DNA of 64,000 nt from Candidatus Parcubacteria bacterium (GTDB lineage: Bacteria > Patescibacteriota > Minisyncoccia > Phycocordibacterales > JAKAEA01). The stretch lies in assembly GCA_963806325.1 (NCBI GenBank), contig CAWDXL010000002.1:128802-192801 (forward strand), written 5' to 3'. A model generated the notes under the pieces. The model was not told the origin of the DNA. It saw nothing but the letters and a program-made list of their open reading frames with translations, and made no database searches. The position numbers and the translations under genes are program-made. Each line of letters begins with the position of its first letter. The stretch's first letter is position 1. Below are positions 32,405-41,990 of the stretch, piece by piece.

Positions 32405-33754
32405 CTACTCCTTTTTTGGTTCAGCTTTTGAAAGCAGTGTGTCGATTCGGTTGATGTCTCGAGGAAATGGTGTGGCTTCTTTGACATTTGCCAGATTAAG
32501 CATGCGAGCCGTCAAACGTTCAAGTCCAGTGGATGAGCCACCATGCGGGGGCATGCCATACTTGAATGCTTGGAGATAAAAAGAAAATTTTTCAGGATCA
32601 AGGCCTCTTTCTTTGATTCGTTCAATAAGATCTTCATAATTATGTATTCGCTGACTGCCGCTGTTGATTTCCAGTCCGCGGAATAACAAGTCGAAGCTCT
32701 TTGAAAACACAGGATCAGCTTCATCTGCGTACGTATAGAACGCGCGTTTTTTTGTCGGAAAATGAGTGATAAATACAAAGTCTGAGCCCTTCTCTTTCAA
32801 TGCCCATTCGCATATTTGACGCTCATGCTCAGGTTCCATATCCAATTCACCGATAGCTTTTCCTCCGAATTCTCGTTCAATTATTTCTTGCGCTTCGCGA
32901 AGTTTGAGGATTGGAAATTTGTCACCAAGCTGTGGAACAGGAACTTTCATTCTTTCAAAAATATCTGCATGTTTTGATCCAACTTCTCTAACCACATCAC
33001 GGATGACATTTTCCAAAACCTTCATTACATCGAGATGGTCTTTGATAAATCCCATTTCGAAATCCATCTGTGTAAGCTCACTTAAATGGCGTGTTGTGGC
33101 TGATTTCTCTCCACGGAATATTTTTGCAATCGTAAATGCTCGCTCAAAGACTCCTACCATGATCTGTTTGTAGAATTGTGGGCTGGTAGCAAGAAATGCT
33201 TTGGCACCATAGAGATATTCAACTTTAAAAGCTGCCGACCCTCCTTCAGCATCTCCTCCTACAAGCGCAGGGGCTTGAAATTCTGTAAAGTTTTGTCGGC
33301 GCAGTGATTTTCTATACTCATCTACGAGAGCTGCCTGCATCGTGAAAATATCCTTTGCTCTATCTGTACGAAGCGTTAGAGGTAGATAATCAAAATAGGT
33401 ATCAAGATTTACTTCCGTATCTTTTTCAAACGGCAACTCTTTTGCTTTTGAAAAAATAGATATCTTTTTGATTTCAAGCTCTATACCTCCGTTCATTTTT
33501 CCCGCCTGAACATTTTTTTCCGGACGCTTGTTGACCATGCCTTCTACGGATACTACCCATTCTGGCCGGAGTTCCTTGGCTACTTCAAGCGCTTCTTTAT
33601 GCATCGGCAATACGACACCCTGCACTTTGCCGGTCATGTCGCGAAACTCGAAGAAAACCATTTTCCCTTGGTCGCGACGCACGTCTACCCAGCCCGAAAT
33701 ACTCACTTCTTTTCCGACGTACTCCCTCAAATCTTTTATATATGTTCTTTCCAT
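32405..33754 (-). CDS. aspS: aspartate--tRNA ligase, archaeal/eukaryotic-type class IIb (AspRS; AsnRS not fully excluded)
   Basis: N-terminal OB fold 'VSISGWVDVRRDQGKMVFFEFRD'. Class II motifs 'FRGEKS' and 'GMPPHGGSSTGLERL', ending '...FPRD'. The start is placed at MERTYIK (ATG 33754), because the upstream 53 codons of the ORF-track version translate the T-box leader. Confidence 0.75.
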   Translation of the reverse strand: MERTYIKDLREYVGKEVSISGWVDVRRDQGKMVFFEFRDMTGKVQGVVLPMHKEALEVAKELRPEWVVSVEGMVNKRPEKNVQAGKMNGGIELEIKKISIFSKAKELPFEKDTEVNLDTYFDYLPLTLRTDRAKDIFTMQAALVDEYRKSLRRQNFTEFQAPALVGGDAEGGSAAFKVEYLYGAKAFLATSPQFYKQIMVGVFERAFTIAKIFRGEKSATTRHLSELTQMDFEMGFIKDHLDVMKVLENVIRDVVREVGSKHADIFERMKVPVPQLGDKFPILKLREAQEIIEREFGGKAIGELDMEPEHERQICEWALKEKGSDFVFITHFPTKKRAFYTYADEADPVFSKSFDLLFRGLEINSGSQRIHNYEDLIERIKERGLDPEKFSFYLQAFKYGMPPHGGSSTGLERLTARMLNLANVKEATPFPRDINRIDTLLSKAEPKKE

Positions 33755-33990
33755 GGCACTAATTTCCGAATTGGAGAAACAAAAAGCCCCTCCAAATTCA
33801 TTATTTCTAATAAATTCGCAGGGGCGACTTTGTCGCGGTGCCACCCTGTTTTTTGCTTCATTCACTGCATACGGTGCAGAGCCGGAAGATTCTACTTGTT
33901 GACTGTTTTGCATGTAGCGAAACAGTCAATGTTCTTTCTTCGTCTCGCCGGTGTCAGCCGGGTCATAGATAATGAGAGTATATATTGAAA
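33755..33990 (-). ncRNA. T-box riboswitch leader of aspS
   Basis: On the minus strand the conserved T-box sequence 'AGGGTGGCACCGCG' (plus coords ~33834-33848) sits immediately 5' of a GC-stem terminator (GCCCCT...AGGGGC + TTTTTG, plus coords ~33781-33826), and this precedes the aaRS start. Confidence 0.6.
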
Positions 33991-34011
33991 TGATATACAG
34001 TCAAGAGATTC

Positions 34012-35025
34012 CTATTCGAAATAATCTATTTTGATAGCAGCCCTCACTTCTTTAAGTGTCTGCGCAGCGGCGAGGCGGACTTTTGCCGTGCCTTCTTTCA
34101 AAATATTCATCACATAGTCTGGATCTTTTGCCAAAGCCTCGCGCTTCTCTCGAATAGGCTTGATGAGCGTTTTCAAAATTTCTGCGAGGCGCTTTTTGAT
34201 AAGCACATCGCCGAGGCCTCCTTTTATATAATCAGCCTTGAGCTTCTCCACTTCTTCTTTATTGGAATCAAAAATATCGAGATAGATAAACACGACATTA
34301 CCTTCTACTTTTCCTGGATCTTCTACATGGACATGTCCCGGGTCGGTATACATCTGCATGACTTTTTCCTCGATTTCTTTATCGGAATCTGAAAGGTAAA
34401 TAGCATTGTTGAGCGACTTGCTCATCTTGGCATTGCCGTCGAGACCGATAAGCCGCGAGTGTTTTGACACAACAGGAGTAATCTTCTTAAAGACCTCGCC
34501 GTAGATGCTATTAAACTTTTGAATAATTTCATTGGCTTGTTCAAGCACCGGCAGCTGGTCTTCACCAACAGGTACAATATGTGCCTTGCATACCAAAATA
34601 TCGGCAGTCTGGCTCACGGGATACACCAAAAATCCAGCAGGCACATCTTCACCAAAACCTTTCTGCTGGATCTCGCTTTTTACGGTCGGATTTCTTTTGA
34701 GCCTGGCGAGCGTAACGAGATTTAAAAAGAAAATAGTCAGCTCGGCGATTTCTGGAATTTGTGATTGAATGAAAAAAGTAGTTTTTTCGGGATCAATGCC
34801 GCAGGCCAGATTGTCAAGCGCCACTTCAGCCACATTGCGCCGCACTTTTTCCGGGTTGTCGGCGTTGTCGGTAAGAGCTTGCACATCAGCGACCATATAA
34901 TAGGCATGCTCGTATTTTTCCTGAAGATCAAGCCTATTCAAAATAGAGCCGACATAGTGGCCCAAATGAAGCTTACCTGTCGGCCGGTCTCCTGTTAAAA
35001 CAGTATTTTTAGTATCTTTGCTCAT
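34012..35025 (-). CDS. trpS: tryptophan--tRNA ligase
   Basis: 'GDRPTGKLHLGHYVG' (HIGH) and 'KMSKSLNNAI' (KMSKS). Confidence 0.9.
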   Translation of the reverse strand: MSKDTKNTVLTGDRPTGKLHLGHYVGSILNRLDLQEKYEHAYYMVADVQALTDNADNPEKVRRNVAEVALDNLACGIDPEKTTFFIQSQIPEIAELTIFFLNLVTLARLKRNPTVKSEIQQKGFGEDVPAGFLVYPVSQTADILVCKAHIVPVGEDQLPVLEQANEIIQKFNSIYGEVFKKITPVVSKHSRLIGLDGNAKMSKSLNNAIYLSDSDKEIEEKVMQMYTDPGHVHVEDPGKVEGNVVFIYLDIFDSNKEEVEKLKADYIKGGLGDVLIKKRLAEILKTLIKPIREKREALAKDPDYVMNILKEGTAKVRLAAAQTLKEVRAAIKIDYFE

Positions 35026-35048
35026 GAGGGAAAGTATAGCATACTCTT

Positions 35049-35456
35049 TTATTTTATCATTTTTAGGATGTTTTTATATCCGTCTTTTTCAACAATATTC
35101 CACGCATTACTATAATCATTGGTGCAATGTTTTTTGCACCGCGCTTTATTTATTCCAACATATTCTGGTTTGTCTATAATCTCACGCCATACATATTCAA
35201 GCATAGCGTGAATAGCAATATGGACTCGCGTCTCAACGTTTTCTTCTTTGTATTTTTCCATAAAGTCATCGGTAAAATTGCCTCCTGAAAGATGCATCAA
35301 TTCATGCGTGAATGTGATGATAAATTCATCAACAGAAAGTGATACAGGAATCACCATTCCAAATGCTTCAGTACGGTTGATAACCCATACAATATTTACA
35401 TTTACTATAGAATATGGAAACGGGCGTTTAACAATAGATTCTATTGCTCTAAACAC
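35049..35456 (-). CDS. small HExxH-motif protein (putative zinc metallopeptidase-like)
   Basis: 'ITFTHELMHLSGG'. No other recognisable domain. Confidence 0.4.
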   Translation of the reverse strand: MFRAIESIVKRPFPYSIVNVNIVWVINRTEAFGMVIPVSLSVDEFIITFTHELMHLSGGNFTDDFMEKYKEENVETRVHIAIHAMLEYVWREIIDKPEYVGINKARCKKHCTNDYSNAWNIVEKDGYKNILKMIK

Positions 35457-35643
35457 TTTCTGACTGATGGGTTCCCACGCCTGCCGGTATTCCCTCAGTT
35501 TTTTCGATACAATAAATTGATCTGTCTCTCGCCTTGCCCTTTCTTTGTATTTAGACAGTGTCAGGGATAAACTTTTGTTATTTCATCTAAAATTTTGTTG
35601 TAGCGGATTATGGTTTTTGTCATGATTATAACTTAAAAATAAA

Positions 35644-36024
35644 TTATTCAGCCCTCCTCCAGATTTTCATGTACCACAGCAGCGGAGTGAATAAAAAAAT
35701 GAAAGTCATAAAGGCAATATACGCGGATTTTTGAGCGATGTTAAATGTCACGACAAGATACGCGAGCGTCGTCATCACCTGAACGGTAAATGTAAAAACT
35801 CCAATTTTTGCCGGTAAAAATCTATAAATAAGTCCGTACCATAGCAGGATTGATATGATAAAAATAATTTTAAATAAATTCATTGAGATCGAAATCAAAT
35901 AGAGGGATATAAAAATGCAAAATTCTGAAGCCACAGCAAGTCCGAGCATTGTGTTGGTCCATGTCAGCAGGCGGTTTTTTGTCCAATATTTTTTATTCAT
36001 GCGAAAATAATAAACCGAATGCAA
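35644..36024 (-). CDS. small polytopic membrane protein
   Basis: 126 aa with 3-4 TM helices. It overlaps the upstream small membrane ORF by 32 nt and is probably co-transcribed with it. Confidence 0.45.
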   Translation of the reverse strand: MHSVYYFRMNKKYWTKNRLLTWTNTMLGLAVASEFCIFISLYLISISMNLFKIIFIISILLWYGLIYRFLPAKIGVFTFTVQVMTTLAYLVVTFNIAQKSAYIAFMTFIFLFTPLLWYMKIWRRAE

Positions 36025-36280
36025 AAGCGAGTACGCCTGCTATCATCAAAAATATGCTAAGAGACCCGACAATTATCATTATGGGAATTCCTAGCGCAGT
36101 TTCCCAGCTAAAGCCGATAATATCTTCTTTTTCAACACTCATTTCTTTATTAAATAAATTTTTTATACCTCGTATAACATAAAGAAAAGGCGCGACAAAA
36201 ATAAGGAAGAGGAAGTAACAAATGTCCCAAAATATTTCTTCGATATCTTTCATTTTTTTTGGTGAGACATTCATATCCAC
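35993..36280 (-). CDS. small membrane protein (2 TM)
   Basis: 95 aa. It is the first gene downstream of operator site 1 and has an AGGTGG RBS. Confidence 0.45.
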   Translation of the reverse strand: MDMNVSPKKMKDIEEIFWDICYFLFLIFVAPFLYVIRGIKNLFNKEMSVEKEDIIGFSWETALGIPIMIIVGSLSIFLMIAGVLAFAFGLLFSHE

Positions 36281-36305
36281 CTATATGACATTAGCCATGT
36301 TAAAA

Positions 36306-36328
36306 ATGTTGTCTATATCTGACAACAA
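36306..36328. promoter_or_regulatory. palindromic operator site 1 (aTGTTGTC-tatatct-GACAACAA) with -35/-10-like promoter on minus strand
   Basis: Perfect 8-bp inverted repeat with a 7-bp AT spacer. On the minus strand it is preceded by TTGACT-N17-TTTTAT. It lies ~27 nt upstream of the ORF start at 36280. Confidence 0.6.
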
Positions 36329-36495
36329 TAAAATAATACTGACGCGGGCTAGTCAAATACTGTTAATAAACAGTAACAAAATTAGTCTTTTGATATAGAT
36401 ATTGTATTGAGGATTGTTAATACAGTTAAACGCTCGTTATTTATTAACAATCTTTAATTGAAATTCCTGTTGAATAGATTTAACAAATTTTATTA

Positions 36496-37404
36496 CTACT
36501 CCCCATGAGGTTTTATGTTTGGTAACTTTTCGCCATTCTTAACATATCTATCAAACCAATCAATCGTAGCTATATTACTTTCTTTTCTAAATTCTGTTAG
36601 GTTGTGATCAGCACCTTCATACATGATTAAGTGATATGGGATTTTGTATCTGAGTAATTTTTGTGCAAGTTCCAGCGAATCTAGGGGATTGACTCTCCAA
36701 TCTGCTGCCCCGTGCATTATAAGGATGGGTGTCTTTTTTGTCATCTTGTCTGCCCAATATAATGCTGATCGTTTTTTTAGTTCTTTGAGAGAACCTCCAA
36801 ACATTTTCTTAAAAACGCTCTTCATTTCTGGCCTTTCTTTTGATTGCCTTATTAAGTTTGTTGGACCAGCAATAGCAACAGCTGCTTTTAACCATTTTAC
36901 TTTTGCAAGTATGATAAATATCATCATTGCACCTCTGCTTGCTCCGTACATACCAATTCTTTTTGTATTAGCTCGAGAATATAGTCTTAAAATTTTATAC
37001 AGACTTACAATATCTTCAATATCTGATCCCCCATGTTCATCCTTCCCTTCTCCTCCCGCATTGCCCGAATATTGTGTAGTAATAGCGATGTATCCATTTT
37101 CAGCGAGACGTCCGATCATTCGAGTGAAAAGGTGTTCATCTTCTATTTTCCCAAAATTATTTGAACCTCCTCGGTTGTATATAATGCAGGGTAGTTCTTT
37201 TCCTTCGCGGGGTTCTACTATATACCCCACTACTTTGTGCCCTTGGGATTTATATATGATTTTATATGCAAATATTTTCTCACTCCTTTTTTGAGCAACA
37301 TCCTGTACTTTTTCGTCATACCTTCTTACCATCTCACGATTAAAATGAATCCCCTCGATATTTAAAATAAAAGAAATTTTTGATAGTTGATCAATGTTGG
37401 ACAT
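36496..37404 (-). CDS. alpha/beta-hydrolase (S9 peptidase / dienelactone-hydrolase-like)
   Basis: GxSxG 'MYGASRGAM', 'IMHGAADWRVNP', and 'GADHNL'. Confidence 0.7.
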   Translation of the reverse strand: MSNIDQLSKISFILNIEGIHFNREMVRRYDEKVQDVAQKRSEKIFAYKIIYKSQGHKVVGYIVEPREGKELPCIIYNRGGSNNFGKIEDEHLFTRMIGRLAENGYIAITTQYSGNAGGEGKDEHGGSDIEDIVSLYKILRLYSRANTKRIGMYGASRGAMMIFIILAKVKWLKAAVAIAGPTNLIRQSKERPEMKSVFKKMFGGSLKELKKRSALYWADKMTKKTPILIMHGAADWRVNPLDSLELAQKLLRYKIPYHLIMYEGADHNLTEFRKESNIATIDWFDRYVKNGEKLPNIKPHGE

Positions 37405-37446
37405 AAGGTAATTATAATTATTTTTTTATAAAAATCATACCCTGAG

Positions 37447-37992
37447 CTACAAAGAGTTCAGGGTATGAGCAGATATTATCTGCTGAGGAGAGTTACGAGC
37501 AGGCATCTCCACCATTGCAATCCGGCTTGGGGCGCATGATTGATCACAGTCGCCCTTACCGAGTTGGTGATAATTCCAATTCTCGCCAAGGTTGTCGCCG
37601 AGATGTTCCGCGATCAGTGCATGTGTACGATTGCGCAGTTCGCCACCGTCTGGCTTGTCTTCTGGTCGCCGAGGTCGGTGATGAAGAAAGTAGCCGAAGT
37701 ACTTATGGCAGAACTTTTGATAGTCCATCGTAAAAAGGATGAACGTGTGCCACCCTTCATCAATGCGAGTTGACGGTACAACTCTCCCAAACTTGCCGGC
37801 GAGCCACAAAAACTTGAGCGTGTCCTTAAATAAAGACACGGCCTGAGTTTCTGAAATGCTCAATTCCTGTGCAATGCGGGTGACAACGGCATTGTTATTG
37901 TATGCCATTACTCGCCCAAGGGATGGAAACTTACGGACCTTTGTGGTTGCTGACGTGTGGGCAACCTTACCACTGCGGTGACGGATGGTCAT
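37447..37992 (-). CDS. hypothetical protein (conserved 'IDEGWHTFIL ... HHRP' region)
   Basis: 181-aa ORF immediately downstream of operator site 2. Confidence 0.4.
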   Translation of the reverse strand: MTIRHRSGKVAHTSATTKVRKFPSLGRVMAYNNNAVVTRIAQELSISETQAVSLFKDTLKFLWLAGKFGRVVPSTRIDEGWHTFILFTMDYQKFCHKYFGYFLHHRPRRPEDKPDGGELRNRTHALIAEHLGDNLGENWNYHQLGKGDCDQSCAPSRIAMVEMPARNSPQQIISAHTLNSL

Positions 37993-38067
37993 GTGCCATC
38001 TCCTAAAAACAAAGTCAGAGAGAAAACCTCTCTGTAACTTCTATACATGAGAGTATCTGTATTAAAA

Positions 38068-38090
38068 TTGTTGTCTATATCTGACAACAA
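38068..38090. promoter_or_regulatory. palindromic operator site 2 (TTGTTGTC-tatatct-GACAACAA)
   Basis: Perfect palindrome. The minus-strand TTGACT-N17-CTTTAT sits upstream, ~75 nt before the ATG at 37992. Confidence 0.6.
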
Positions 38091-38250
38091 TAAAGTAATA
38101 TTGACTAACACCAGTCAAATGCTGTTGTGAAGGCACAACAGAAACCAGTGTTTGAATAAGGACCGTTTTGAAAACTGTTTGATTATACAAACACTAAAAA
38201 AGCAAGATAAAATATTTATAAAAAATCTTGTTGGAAGTCTCGAACAAATC

Positions 38251-39858
38251 CTAAGAAGTCTTGACCGGTATCTCGATATAAAATTGTGAGCCGGTGTTTG
38301 CACCTTCCGATTCTGCCCAGACGCGGCCGCTCATCGATTCAATCATGTTGCGGGCAATGTAGAGGCCGAGGCCGGTGCCAAGAATATTGGTCTCGTTGGC
38401 ATTTTCAGCCCGGCTAAATTTTTGGAAGAGCTTCGGCATGGTAGTAGCAGGAATGCCGACGCCGGTGTCAGAAATCTTGATGATGCTCTTGCCCGACTGC
38501 TCGGATATCGACACATTCACTTTAATATTGCCGTGAGGAGTATATTTGATAGAGTTGTCGAGAATGTTGCCGATGACCTGCTTCACCTTTCCTTTGTCGG
38601 CGTGGACCATATAATTTTTGTTCTGCTCAAATGTAAATTCGAGTGCAAGCCCGCGCTTCTCCACATTGGGCCGATATTCGCTTATCACTTCTTCCGCCAG
38701 CTTTTCAATATCAAAATCTGAATAGTCATATTTCATCTTGCCGCCTTCAATGCGCGACACATCAAGAAAATCACCAACGATGGTCACGAGATTGTTGGTC
38801 GAACTCATAATAATAGTAAGGGCCTGTGCAATCTCGGGTGAAACGGGACCATAATCCCCTTCTTGTACGAGAGAGATGTAGCCTTTTATGGCTGTAAGCG
38901 GCGCACGGATCTGGTGCGTAGCGAGCGAGACGAATTCATTTTTTAGAGCATCGAGCTCTTTTAGGCGCTCATTGGCAAACTCAATCTTAAACATGTCCCC
39001 GACCATGCGGATGCTAAAGATGAGGACAAGGATAAAGACACTGATGCGGAAGATGACAAGAGAGAGCGTGTTGGCAAAAATAATTTCGATAAAGCTGGTT
39101 ACGGTGAGAGCAAAAGCAAAGGTGAACGTCGTAATATTTTTTATGTTGAAAAGCTTGTGCCTATAGATTGCATAAGCTGTAAAAGCGATAAAAGGAAAAA
39201 TAAAAACGGCACCGAGGGGGATAAAATTATATAGGTTAAAGAATGCTGGGAGTAAGAAGTTTAATATAATTACTAAAGAGAAAGTTAAAATAATACCTAT
39301 TAAAACAATTTTAAACTGTCCTTTTTCTGTACCATGAGCCTGTATTGTTTTTTTAACAAACAAATATATTCCATAGCCCACAAGATACAAGACGAGAATA
39401 GCAAAAGGAATAATTCCCCAGCCTTCATTTACTCGCGCAACTGTACCAATAGTTACGCCTCCATCAATACTTTTAAAAATTGCAGGGGTAAGAGCAGAAA
39501 GTGATATTAAGATGCTTAAGGGTGTAAGTATGGTTTTATAGAACTTGGGGAAAAGTACTTCGGATCGTGGAAATACATATAAAAGTTGAAATAGTGTAAA
39601 AGCAAACCATACCGAAGAGAACATAAGTAGTCTTAGAAATGCTAAAACAATCTGAGGAGAATCTGATTGATAGTTTAGGTAATTAAAAGTACTCCAAAAA
39701 GATACCGCTACGGCTAAATACAGAAAAGATTTATTTGTTATATTTTTTCTGTTACTAAAATAAACTGCGACCCCCAAAATAAGAATAGCGGCAATCGAAA
39801 TGCCGACAGAAAGAAGAATCAAGATTCTGAAAAGGTAAGCTACCAAAAAAATTTTCAA
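38251..39858 (-). CDS. sensor histidine kinase (multi-TM sensor, HisKA + HATPase_c); no cognate response regulator nearby
   Basis: About 7 TM helices, an H-box 'LATHQIRAPLTAIKGY', an N-box 'NILDNSIKYT', and a G-box 'GTGLGLYIARNM'. Confidence 0.85.
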   Translation of the reverse strand: MKIFLVAYLFRILILLSVGISIAAILILGVAVYFSNRKNITNKSFLYLAVAVSFWSTFNYLNYQSDSPQIVLAFLRLLMFSSVWFAFTLFQLLYVFPRSEVLFPKFYKTILTPLSILISLSALTPAIFKSIDGGVTIGTVARVNEGWGIIPFAILVLYLVGYGIYLFVKKTIQAHGTEKGQFKIVLIGIILTFSLVIILNFLLPAFFNLYNFIPLGAVFIFPFIAFTAYAIYRHKLFNIKNITTFTFAFALTVTSFIEIIFANTLSLVIFRISVFILVLIFSIRMVGDMFKIEFANERLKELDALKNEFVSLATHQIRAPLTAIKGYISLVQEGDYGPVSPEIAQALTIIMSSTNNLVTIVGDFLDVSRIEGGKMKYDYSDFDIEKLAEEVISEYRPNVEKRGLALEFTFEQNKNYMVHADKGKVKQVIGNILDNSIKYTPHGNIKVNVSISEQSGKSIIKISDTGVGIPATTMPKLFQKFSRAENANETNILGTGLGLYIARNMIESMSGRVWAESEGANTGSQFYIEIPVKTS

Positions 39859-39867
39859 GTTGTCCTC

Positions 39868-40824
39868 CTAGCATGCCTTCTTAATTAAAAGGTATTGACC
39901 TGTTTGAGTATAGAATTTTACTTTTCCTTTGCATTTTTCTGCATACTGCAAAATATCCTTTTTTCTTAAAAATCTAAAATTTGAAAAAAGTTCAGCATTT
40001 AAGAAATGTGGATGGTTCCAACCCACAATGGTTTGTGGAATAATAACCATCCAGCTCCTAAAACCATCGTACTCAAAAATATTCTCCGTGATATTATTTA
40101 TCACAGCATCAAATTTTGGTTGCAATGTTAATGGTAGATGGTGTTTGAAAAGCGAGTGATAGATTATGTTAAAATATTTTTTGGGAAAAAATTTATCAAG
40201 ATTAAAAATATCATTTTTACATAAAATAAGTACCACCTTTTTTTGAGATGTTCTTTTTATAGATTCAACCTTAGTCTCATCTAAATTTTCTACCTCGTAA
40301 AAGTCTATCTTGTCAAAAATACCCTTAAGATTGTCTTTTGCAATTACTTGAGTTGTGGGTGATTTATCAACCGCAATCATAACAATCTTATGTTTAAAGT
40401 TAGAGGAAAGTATTTTTTTAATTATCTGATGATCAAGTTCCATGCCACCTGCACCAAGGTCAGCCATTACCACATCACTATTCTGTGAAAAAATAAAATT
40501 TGTTATTGTCTCAACAATAGGTTTAACAAGACCAGGTCTATCCTTTTCTTGCATCTCAATAAGTCTTTTATGCATCAACACATCCCACTCCTCCACTGGA
40601 AAATCAGTGAGTTCCAAGAGCTTTAAGCTATCGAGCTTAGGAGCCCGGAAAAAAAGCCACTTGAGATACGTCGGAAAATTTTTGATAGCCTTAAGAAAGG
40701 CAATATTCTCTTCTATTGCATACATTTCATCTTTATACTCAGGATTTTTCTTAAACGACTCCAATTTTTCAAGAGCACTTTTAATCTCGATATCTCGTGT
40801 GTTTTGCATATTATTTGTATTCAA
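39868..40824 (-). CDS. class I SAM-dependent methyltransferase
   Basis: Motif I 'VVMADLGAGGMEL'. It overlaps the upstream nitroreductase gene by 14 nt, which suggests an operon. Confidence 0.65.
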   Translation of the reverse strand: MNTNNMQNTRDIEIKSALEKLESFKKNPEYKDEMYAIEENIAFLKAIKNFPTYLKWLFFRAPKLDSLKLLELTDFPVEEWDVLMHKRLIEMQEKDRPGLVKPIVETITNFIFSQNSDVVMADLGAGGMELDHQIIKKILSSNFKHKIVMIAVDKSPTTQVIAKDNLKGIFDKIDFYEVENLDETKVESIKRTSQKKVVLILCKNDIFNLDKFFPKKYFNIIYHSLFKHHLPLTLQPKFDAVINNITENIFEYDGFRSWMVIIPQTIVGWNHPHFLNAELFSNFRFLRKKDILQYAEKCKGKVKFYTQTGQYLLIKKAC

Positions 40825-41863
40825 TCTGTGGCTCCATTCTCATTGCTCGTGCCGATGGGGCATCAGCATAGCCGAGGCGCATAAGCATGGGGATTTTCTT
40901 TCCTTGCACACCGAACGTATCCTCGATGGCATGATAGGCCTCATCTATTGCCTTCAGATGCTCTTTAGAAAAAGAAGCCGTGTCTCCTCCATCTATTCTC
41001 AGTTTAAAATAAAGCACGCCCGTGCATGGGTGTATGCTAAGGCCAAGTTTTGTAGCGGTGAGCCATACCCGCTCGACGGCCCTGCCTGCATTTATATAAT
41101 CTTTGTCGGTGCTTGCTTGTATTACGATCACGCCGAGTGCGGCAGATTTTGCATACTTCTCAGCATTTTCTTTTTCAATAGCTTTTGAGACTCCAGCAAT
41201 ATTAAAAATTTTCAAAATAGCCCAGCTTTTAAAAATTTTTACAGCTTTAAGCTGATGAGGTAAAAATTCGAGCGTCTTGATATAGAATCCCCCGGCTTTA
41301 TACTGCTCATTTTCATTCCATAAAATATGATTATAGAAAAAGGTGTGGAGAGCTTTATTCTCAAAAATGATCCGCTCATTGAGAGCAATTGCCTTCCCTG
41401 CTTTATCAAGAGACGGCTGATCATCAATAATTTTAAATTCACCAAATCCAGTACCTCTTGCATTTTCTATGAGTGCCTTTTTTTGATCATTATTAAGTTT
41501 GACGGGAGTATTTTCTTTTCTGTTGGTGCCGCGCAACGGTATCACCTGATACAAATCATCCTCTTTGATCGCTGATTTTTCCAAAGTCACTACCGAAACA
41601 AGATTTTTAATATTCTTATCGGGCAATACAGCTACGCTTGCTCTATATCCAAAGTGCGAAGCGCTGATAACAATATTTTCTATCAGGGCTCCGTGTGCTA
41701 CAAGGGAGCCTTTTTGCTCAAAATTGTACAGAGACTGATCTGCTTCCGGAATAATAAAAATAGAAATTTTGTTGCCCTCTACAATAAACTTCCATGGCTG
41801 GCAATTTTCTCCCGACGGAGCTTTGACACCATCGGTTATTATTTTTTGGATGTCATTGTTCAT
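40811..41863 (-). CDS. nitroreductase-fold FMN oxidoreductase, two-lobed/tandem architecture
   Basis: 'APSGENCQPWKF' at the N-terminus, with a second nitroreductase-like half ('AALGVIVIQAS...AGRAVERVWLTATKLGL'). Total length 350 aa. Confidence 0.65.
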   Translation of the reverse strand: MNNDIQKIITDGVKAPSGENCQPWKFIVEGNKISIFIIPEADQSLYNFEQKGSLVAHGALIENIVISASHFGYRASVAVLPDKNIKNLVSVVTLEKSAIKEDDLYQVIPLRGTNRKENTPVKLNNDQKKALIENARGTGFGEFKIIDDQPSLDKAGKAIALNERIIFENKALHTFFYNHILWNENEQYKAGGFYIKTLEFLPHQLKAVKIFKSWAILKIFNIAGVSKAIEKENAEKYAKSAALGVIVIQASTDKDYINAGRAVERVWLTATKLGLSIHPCTGVLYFKLRIDGGDTASFSKEHLKAIDEAYHAIEDTFGVQGKKIPMLMRLGYADAPSARAMRMEPQIEYK

Positions 41864-41942
41864 ATTAATGAATTATAGCAGAGTGCATTTTAATTGCGAA
41901 GACCTTCGGGTGCACAGAGTGGTGACTTGCTTTTTATTAACT

Positions 41943-41965
41943 ATGTTGTTAGTGTTAAACAACAA
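41943..41965. promoter_or_regulatory. variant palindromic operator (aTGTTGTT-agtgtta-AACAACAA) in divergent promoter region
   Basis: The TGTTGT-N9-ACAACA core is shared with the other five sites. It lies between the trmB-like gene (+) and the nitroreductase operon (-). Confidence 0.45.
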
Positions 41966-41990
41966 TATATTTAGAAGCTAATTTTATCTT

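Noticed and set aside
33528-33988. Plus-strand ORFs (124 and 129 aa) and the 53-codon N-terminal extension of aspS
   Set aside because: They overlap the aspS CDS or the T-box leader. The leader contains the T-box motif and a terminator, so it is regulatory RNA, not coding.
40442-41188. 248-aa plus-strand ORF across the methyltransferase/nitroreductase junction
   Set aside because: It is antisense to two motif-bearing genes and is likely an AT-rich artefact.
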